64,000 bases of DNA, taken from positions 9,802-73,801 of the forward strand of contig CAWGJN010000016.1 of assembly GCA_963822925.1 (NCBI GenBank), read 5' to 3'. Position 1 is the first letter of the stretch. Each line of letters begins with the position of its first letter. A program made the position numbers and the translations under genes. This DNA is from an uncultured Gemmatimonadales bacterium (GTDB taxonomy: Bacteria > Gemmatimonadota > Gemmatimonadetes > Gemmatimonadales > GWC2-71-9). Positions 58,916-64,000 of this stretch are shown here, piece after piece. The notes beneath the pieces are model-generated. The model had not been told where the DNA came from, ran no database searches, and saw nothing but the letters and a program-made list of their open reading frames with translations.

Positions 58916-59776
58916 ATGCACGCAACAACTGCGGCACTCGTCGGCCTGGGTGTGGGACTGCACGCCGCCACCTGGGGAGTGTTCAAGGATTCACCCCACG
59001 AGGGATTTCATTGGTCGCGGTTCGTCCGGAGTCCTGTGATCGGCATCGCTGCCGCGCTCGCGCTCCGTGCGCTTCTGCCGTGGCCCGGTGGCGTGGACGG
59101 CGCGGTGCTTCTGTTCGGTGCGGCCTACGCCGTGGAGCGATTCATCATCGAGACGTGGAAGACCTTCTTCCGCGCCGAGGATCAGTCGAAGTATACGATC
59201 CCCATGCAGCTCGCGGTGCTGGGCCGGCCAGTGCGCAGCGCCGTCCTGCGGGGTGTGCTGGGCACGCTCTACTTCGCAGGTGGGTTCGGCGTGCTCGCCG
59301 CCCTCCGTTGGCTGGGCTTTCACTCGCCAGGGGATGCGTGGCCGGTCCTGGTGCTCGCGGCAAGCGCCGGCGGGTGGATCAGCGCTCTCGGCGGCGCCTG
59401 GAAGGATGCGCCCATCGAGGGGTTCGAGACCTTCAAGTTCTTCCGCAGTCCGCTCGTCGCCCTCAGCTACGCCGTGCTGCTGTCGCGGCTCACGCCCGAC
59501 CTGGGCATCGTGATGCTGGCGGCGACGGGCCTCACGATCGCCACGCTGGAGACCTGGAAGAAATTCAGTCGACCCAATGAGCCGGGCGGCAAGTTTGCCG
59601 GCAAGCCGGTGCACTTCCCCCTGATGCTGCACTACCGGTTCCGGCTCGTGCCGCTGTATGCGCTGATCTGCGGCACCGTCGCACTCTCGGTCCTGGCTTC
59701 TGCATATGCGTCGGTGGCGGGACCATGCGTGCTCTGCGCCTCCGGCGCGGTGCAGGTTGCCGGGAGCCCGCCATGA
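58916..59776 (+). CDS. polytopic membrane protein with an internal two-fold repeat (unknown family)
   Basis: ATG 58916. The two halves share W-x-x-(F/W)KD(S/A)P.EGF...F.RSP ... ETWK.F motifs. About 8 hydrophobic segments. Confidence 0.65.
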   Translation: MHATTAALVGLGVGLHAATWGVFKDSPHEGFHWSRFVRSPVIGIAAALALRALLPWPGGVDGAVLLFGAAYAVERFIIETWKTFFRAEDQSKYTIPMQLAVLGRPVRSAVLRGVLGTLYFAGGFGVLAALRWLGFHSPGDAWPVLVLAASAGGWISALGGAWKDAPIEGFETFKFFRSPLVALSYAVLLSRLTPDLGIVMLAATGLTIATLETWKKFSRPNEPGGKFAGKPVHFPLMLHYRFRLVPLYALICGTVALSVLASAYASVAGPCVLCASGAVQVAGSPP

Positions 59777-61395
59777 TCGACACGACGGAGCGCCAGCCAT
59801 GGGATGCCATCGTGATCGGCAGTGGGTTCGGCGGCGCGATGGCTGCGCACGTCCTGGTGCACGCGGGCTGGCGCGTGCTGATGCTCGAGCGCGGCGACTG
59901 GGTGCCGCGAGGCCCGGCAAGCTGGCGGCCGAGCCATGCCGGCCTGGTTTCGCCGTTCTACTCGACCGAGTCGAGCTACCTGGTCCAGGAAGGCCGACGC
60001 GAGAGCAAGAGCGGGGGGCTGTTCTGCGTTGGCGGCCAGTCGGTGTTCTACGGCGGCGCATCGCTGCGCTACCGCGAAGGTGACTTCACACCAGATCCGT
60101 GCATCCACGCGTCGTCCGGTGCCCGGTGGCCGTTCGCCTATGGCGAGCTCGAGCCCTTCTATACCCGCGCAGAGCAGATGCTCGGCGTCGTCGGCACGAC
60201 CGGGGAAGATCCGCTGGAGCCGGGGCGGAGCGCGCCGTATCCCGCCGGTCCGGCACCCCTCGCCCCATTGTCGCTGCGGCTGTCCGATGCGGCACGACGG
60301 CTCGGGCTGCACCCCAGCCGCGTACCGGTTGCCATCGACCAGCGGGGGCGCTGCGTCGCGTGCAGCGCCTGCGACGGCTTCGCGTGCGCCGTCGGCGCGA
60401 AGAACGACGTCGCCACACAACTGATCGCGCCGCTGCTGCGCGAGGGCCTGGTGCTGCGCGCGAACACCGTCGTGACGCGGTTGGTCGAGTGGAACGGGCG
60501 CATCGGGGCGGTCGAAGTGGTGGACCGGGACGGCGGCCCGATCCGCCGGCTCCGTGCCCGGCACGTGATCCTGGCGGCCGGCGCGCTGGCCACGCCGCAC
60601 CTCCTGCTGACCTCCGGCCTCGAGACCCAGAGCCCCGCAGGTCACGCGGTGGGTCGCTACCTCACGCGGCACTACAACCGGATTGTGTTCGGTCTCTTCC
60701 GGTCACGCCCTGATCGTGGGCACCGGTTCGTGAAGCAGGTCGCGATCACCGATTTCTATTTCGGTCACCGGTGGACGGGTCCGGGCAAGCTCGGGGTCCT
60801 CCAGCAGATGGCGATGCCGCCCCTGTCGGTGGTGGCGCAGCAGATCCCGCACTGGCTGGTGCCCGCAGCGGGCCAGGTACTTGGTCGATCGGCGGCGCTG
60901 CTGGGCATCGTTGAGGATGAACCGCAGTTGCGCAATGGCGTCACGATCGACCGTTCCGAGCGAGATCGCTTCGGCCTGCCACGCCTTACGGTGCAGCACG
61001 GGTACACGACGCGTGATCGGCAGGCCGGCGCGGCGCTCGCGTACTGCGCCCGCCGCATCCTGCGCGAGGCGGGCGCGCTCACCTGCTACTCCCGTACCAT
61101 CAGCACGTTTTCGCACGCGCTCGGCACCGTTCGCATGGGTGACGATCCCTCGACGGCGCCGCTCGACGCCACGGGCCGCTACCGCGGGCTGGACAACCTG
61201 TACGTCATGGATGGCAGCGCGCTGCCCACCTCGGGCGGCGTCAATCCGAGCCTCACGATCGCCGCGAACGCACTGCGCTGTGCCTCGCTCCTCGCCGCCG
61301 GCACGTCCCGCATTCACCACCCACAGGAGACGCCCCATGAACGCCTCGCTCGGTATCGCGATGCTGGGTTGCGGCCATATCGCGAGACAGCATAG
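59773..61395 (+). CDS. GMC family FAD-dependent oxidoreductase
   Basis: ATGA overlap with the upstream gene. N-terminal WDAIVIGSGFGGAMAA...MLERG (FAD fold). C-terminal HALGTVRMG...LYVMDGSALPTSGGVNPSLTIAANALR. Confidence 0.9.
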   Translation: MIDTTERQPWDAIVIGSGFGGAMAAHVLVHAGWRVLMLERGDWVPRGPASWRPSHAGLVSPFYSTESSYLVQEGRRESKSGGLFCVGGQSVFYGGASLRYREGDFTPDPCIHASSGARWPFAYGELEPFYTRAEQMLGVVGTTGEDPLEPGRSAPYPAGPAPLAPLSLRLSDAARRLGLHPSRVPVAIDQRGRCVACSACDGFACAVGAKNDVATQLIAPLLREGLVLRANTVVTRLVEWNGRIGAVEVVDRDGGPIRRLRARHVILAAGALATPHLLLTSGLETQSPAGHAVGRYLTRHYNRIVFGLFRSRPDRGHRFVKQVAITDFYFGHRWTGPGKLGVLQQMAMPPLSVVAQQIPHWLVPAAGQVLGRSAALLGIVEDEPQLRNGVTIDRSERDRFGLPRLTVQHGYTTRDRQAGAALAYCARRILREAGALTCYSRTISTFSHALGTVRMGDDPSTAPLDATGRYRGLDNLYVMDGSALPTSGGVNPSLTIAANALRCASLLAAGTSRIHHPQETPHERLARYRDAGLRPYRETA

Positions 61396-62348
61396 CCGCA
61401 TGCTCCGCTCGATTGATCCGTCGGTCCGCCGGTACGGCGCGAGCCGGTTCCCCGCGCGTGCCGAGGACTTTGCACGGGACACGCGGGCCGACGGCTGGTT
61501 CGCCAGCTACGACGCTGCGCTCTCGGCTCGCGCACGTCGACGCCGTGCTGGTGGCGACACCACCGCTCCATCACCTCGCGCTGACGCTGAGCGCGCTGGC
61601 GGCCGGAAAGCACGTCATCGTCGAGAAGCCGGCGTTCGTCTCGCCGGGGGACTGCCGCACCGTGGCCCGGGCCGCGGCGGAAGCGGGACGCCTGGTCCTG
61701 GTGGCCGAGAACTACGCCTACAAGCCGCTGGCCGAGGGTGCTGCAGGATGTCATCGGCAGCGGCGAGATCGGCGACGTCCGGTTCGTGCTGCTCAACGCG
61801 CTCAAGTACCGCCGGGCAAGTGACTGGCGAGACGACGCCGAGCTGGCAGGCGGTGGGGCGCTTTTCGAGGGCGGCGTGCACTGGATCGACTTACTCGCCA
61901 ACCTCGGACTCACGGTGGAGAGCGTGCAGGGCTTCTGGCCCGGCAACCAGCGCGGCGACGAGCGCAGCATGGCGGTGGTGGCGCAGTACGAGGAGGGAGG
62001 CGTGGGGGTGTTGCTGCATTCCTGGGAAACACCTTCGCTGCTGCGTGGGCTTCGCCTGTCGAAGGTGACCGGGGTACTCGCGGCAGCATCACGTTCGAGT
62101 CGAACGGAGCGTTCGCGCTCATCCGCGGCCGTCGGTCGCGCCTGGTGGTCCCGTCGCTGCGCGATGCCGGGGGCTACCGCGCCATGCTGCGCGACTTCGT
62201 GCGGGTGCTCACCGAGGGCGGCGAGCCGCTCATGACGCTCGCCCGCGCCGAACAATCACTGTCGCTGATCCGCGAGGCGTACGTAACGGGCGGCGTGACC
62301 CCAGCTGCGAGCCTGGTTGTGAACGGCCAGCCGGACCGGGCCGCATGA
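61337..62348 (+). pseudogene. Gfo/Idh/MocA family NAD(P)-dependent oxidoreductase with three frame breaks
   Basis: AGGAG lies before ATG 61337. Segments in three frames join into a canonical protein: IAMLGCGHIARQH...WFASYDAALS | HVDAVLVATPPLHHLALTLSALAAGKHVIVEKPAF...ENYAYKPLAE | VLQDVIGSGEIGDVRFV...GGALFEGGVHWIDL...LRLSKVTG | TRGSITFESNGAF...YRAMLRDFVRVL. The breaks are at about 61532, the G3 run 61736-61738 and the G4 run 62071-62074. Confidence 0.75.
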
Positions 62349-62983
62349 ACGCCGTGGCCCATGTGCTCATTCGTCCCCATGGCGACCGTCACTGGGACGG
62401 CATCATTCGCGGCACCGGGGCGATGGCGGCCCTGGGCATCCCCGTGGTGATTCTCGCTCCGGAGACTGCACCGCTGCTGTTGTTCGTGGTCGCCACCCTG
62501 TGGACGCACGGGCCGCTCGCCGTGTTCATGCCCGCGGCCTACGAACCAATCCTGGCGCACTTCGGCGGGCTGTACCCTCCTGCCGAGGTTGCGGCGCTCG
62601 GCACGCTCGCCGACCTGATGGTGGAGTATGTCGACTATCACGTCTTCCGCGCCCTCTGTGGCGGAGCACGTGCGCGACAGGCCCTGCAGCATCCGATGGT
62701 GCAGCGTGCGATCCGCTGGTTCAACCGCGCGCCATTCCTCACGACCTTCATTTTCGCACTGACGCCGCTTCCGGACTGGGCCCTGCGCCTGGTGGCACCG
62801 GCCGCAGGGTACGCCGTCCCGCGCTACCTGCTGGCGATGGGACTGGGGCGCTTCCCGAACTTTCTCGTCTTTGCCGCAGCCGGTGCGGTCTGGCATCCCG
62901 ATGCACGGGTCCTGGTCCTGCTGCTCTGCCTGTCACTGACCATCGGCATCACGCTGGTTCGCCGCCAAGGGAGGACAACATGA
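62345..62983 (+). CDS. membrane protein (possibly VTT/DedA-like)
   Basis: ATGA overlaps at both ends. 212 aa with 4-5 hydrophobic segments and ...YLLAMGLGRFPNFLVFAAAG. The family assignment is weak. Confidence 0.6.
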   Translation: MNAVAHVLIRPHGDRHWDGIIRGTGAMAALGIPVVILAPETAPLLLFVVATLWTHGPLAVFMPAAYEPILAHFGGLYPPAEVAALGTLADLMVEYVDYHVFRALCGGARARQALQHPMVQRAIRWFNRAPFLTTFIFALTPLPDWALRLVAPAAGYAVPRYLLAMGLGRFPNFLVFAAAGAVWHPDARVLVLLLCLSLTIGITLVRRQGRTT

Positions 62984-63924
62984 ATGCGCTCGTGCTCGCA
63001 CTGGCGCTCGGGCAATTGCCCGAGACGCGCCCGGTGGTCGTGGCGCCCGCCGAAACCCTCACCGTCGAATTGTGGGGCGATTCCACGGCACGAGCGGTGG
63101 TCCTTATCGCCGACTTCCTGGGTTCGACCTACACCTTCCGGCACGTCGCGCCCCTGGTCGCGGAGAGGGGATACCGGGTCGTCGTCATCGAGCCACTGGC
63201 CATCGGCACCTCCTCGCGACCGAAGCGGGCGGACTACTCGCTCACAGCCCAGGCACTGCGAGTTGCCGCCGTGCTCGATTCGTGTGGTGTCCGACTGGCC
63301 ATCGTCGCGGGGCAGGGCACGAATGCCGCCGTGGCGGTCCGTCTCGCAGCTTCCCGCCCGGACCAGGTCGCCCGCCTGGTCCTGCTTGAAGGCGGTGGCA
63401 GCGAGCGCGCGGCTGGACCGGGGTTCCGGCGCGCGATGCAGAACTCGGCGGGGCTTCAGTTCTTCCCCGGGCTCATACGTGCGGCGATCAGGAAGGGGTT
63501 GATCTCGGCGTCGGGCGATGCCTCGTGGGTGACCAACGAGGTCGTGCTCGAGTATACGCGCGGCGCAGCCAGCGACCTCTCCGCCACCCTGGACGCCTTT
63601 CGAGCCGTGGCGAAGGCAAAGGAGCCAAGCGCGATCGCGGACCAGGTGCGGAAGGTGAGCGTGCCGGTGCACCTGCTGCTCGGCGGAGCGAAGCATTCGG
63701 CCGGGCCGCCAACTGAAGAGATCCGCATGCTGACGGTGGGGCTCCCGGGAATGACCATCGACACGGTGACCGGGGCAGGCCACCACCTCGCCGAGGAGCG
63801 TCCGGACCGGGTTGTGGAAGCGCTGACAGGAACTCCGATGCCTGATGCCAGTGCTATCCCCACCGTGCTCCTGACACAGACGCGGAGCACCACTGAGCCA
63901 CCTTCACTGCGGATTTCCCAATGA
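62980..63924 (+). CDS. alpha/beta-hydrolase-fold protein with degenerate catalytic motifs
   Basis: The overall pattern (VVLIADFLGS...GYRVVVIEPL.IGTSS.P...YSL...LAIVAGQGTNAAVAVRLAA.RPD.VARLVLLEGG...GAGHHLAEERPDRV) aligns with alpha/beta hydrolases. The HG oxyanion motif reads AD, and the G-x-S-x-G elbow reads G-Q-G-T-N. Confidence 0.8.
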   Translation: MNALVLALALGQLPETRPVVVAPAETLTVELWGDSTARAVVLIADFLGSTYTFRHVAPLVAERGYRVVVIEPLAIGTSSRPKRADYSLTAQALRVAAVLDSCGVRLAIVAGQGTNAAVAVRLAASRPDQVARLVLLEGGGSERAAGPGFRRAMQNSAGLQFFPGLIRAAIRKGLISASGDASWVTNEVVLEYTRGAASDLSATLDAFRAVAKAKEPSAIADQVRKVSVPVHLLLGGAKHSAGPPTEEIRMLTVGLPGMTIDTVTGAGHHLAEERPDRVVEALTGTPMPDASAIPTVLLTQTRSTTEPPSLRISQ

Positions 63925-64000
63925 CGCCGACTTGATCCCAGGCGCTCAGCCTCAGGTCACGGACAGGGTACGGGGGCTGAACATCTTGCCCCCGTGCCCT

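Overview
This is a 64 kb, visibly high-GC bacterial chromosomal segment with strong GC3 bias. I cannot assign a taxon from the sequence alone. About three quarters of it is core housekeeping, almost all on the + strand, in long operons whose genes are often joined by ATGA/GTGA 4-nt overlaps. These are: tyrA'-aroA-cmk; rpsA; a dispersed biotin-dependent acyl-CoA carboxylase set; rplM-rpsI; rpsB-tsf-pyrH-frr-uppS-cdsA-dxr-rseP; rpsO-pnp-M16 peptidase; ald-dut; mreBCD-mrdA-rodA; accD-folC; and hisS-proS-lysA-guaA. The right-hand third (40-64 kb) is more accessory. It holds a small Gly-x-Leu-Ala repeat protein, a TPR Ser/Thr kinase, an M1-peptidase remnant, an orphan ptsN, dusB, corA fused in transcription to a GGDEF cyclase, a TetR-permease pair, tmRNA (ssrA), purEK, a SARP/BTAD-TPR regulator coupled to OsmC, and a divergent five-gene membrane/oxidoreductase operon of unknown function. 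I found no rRNA, tRNA, CRISPR, transposase, integrase or recognisable defence genes. The items most worth a second look are: (1) the uncharacterised, translationally coupled operon at 58.9-63.9 kb with its divergent regulator; (2) eight apparent single-base frame breaks, all in five genes at the two ends of the window and none evident across about 47 kb of core genes; (3) two copies of a long palindrome built from tandem GTGAACG/CCGTTCA heptamers at operon ends; (4) a small protein with six tandem 15-nt repeats. All functional calls rest on motif recognition from memory. No database search was run.
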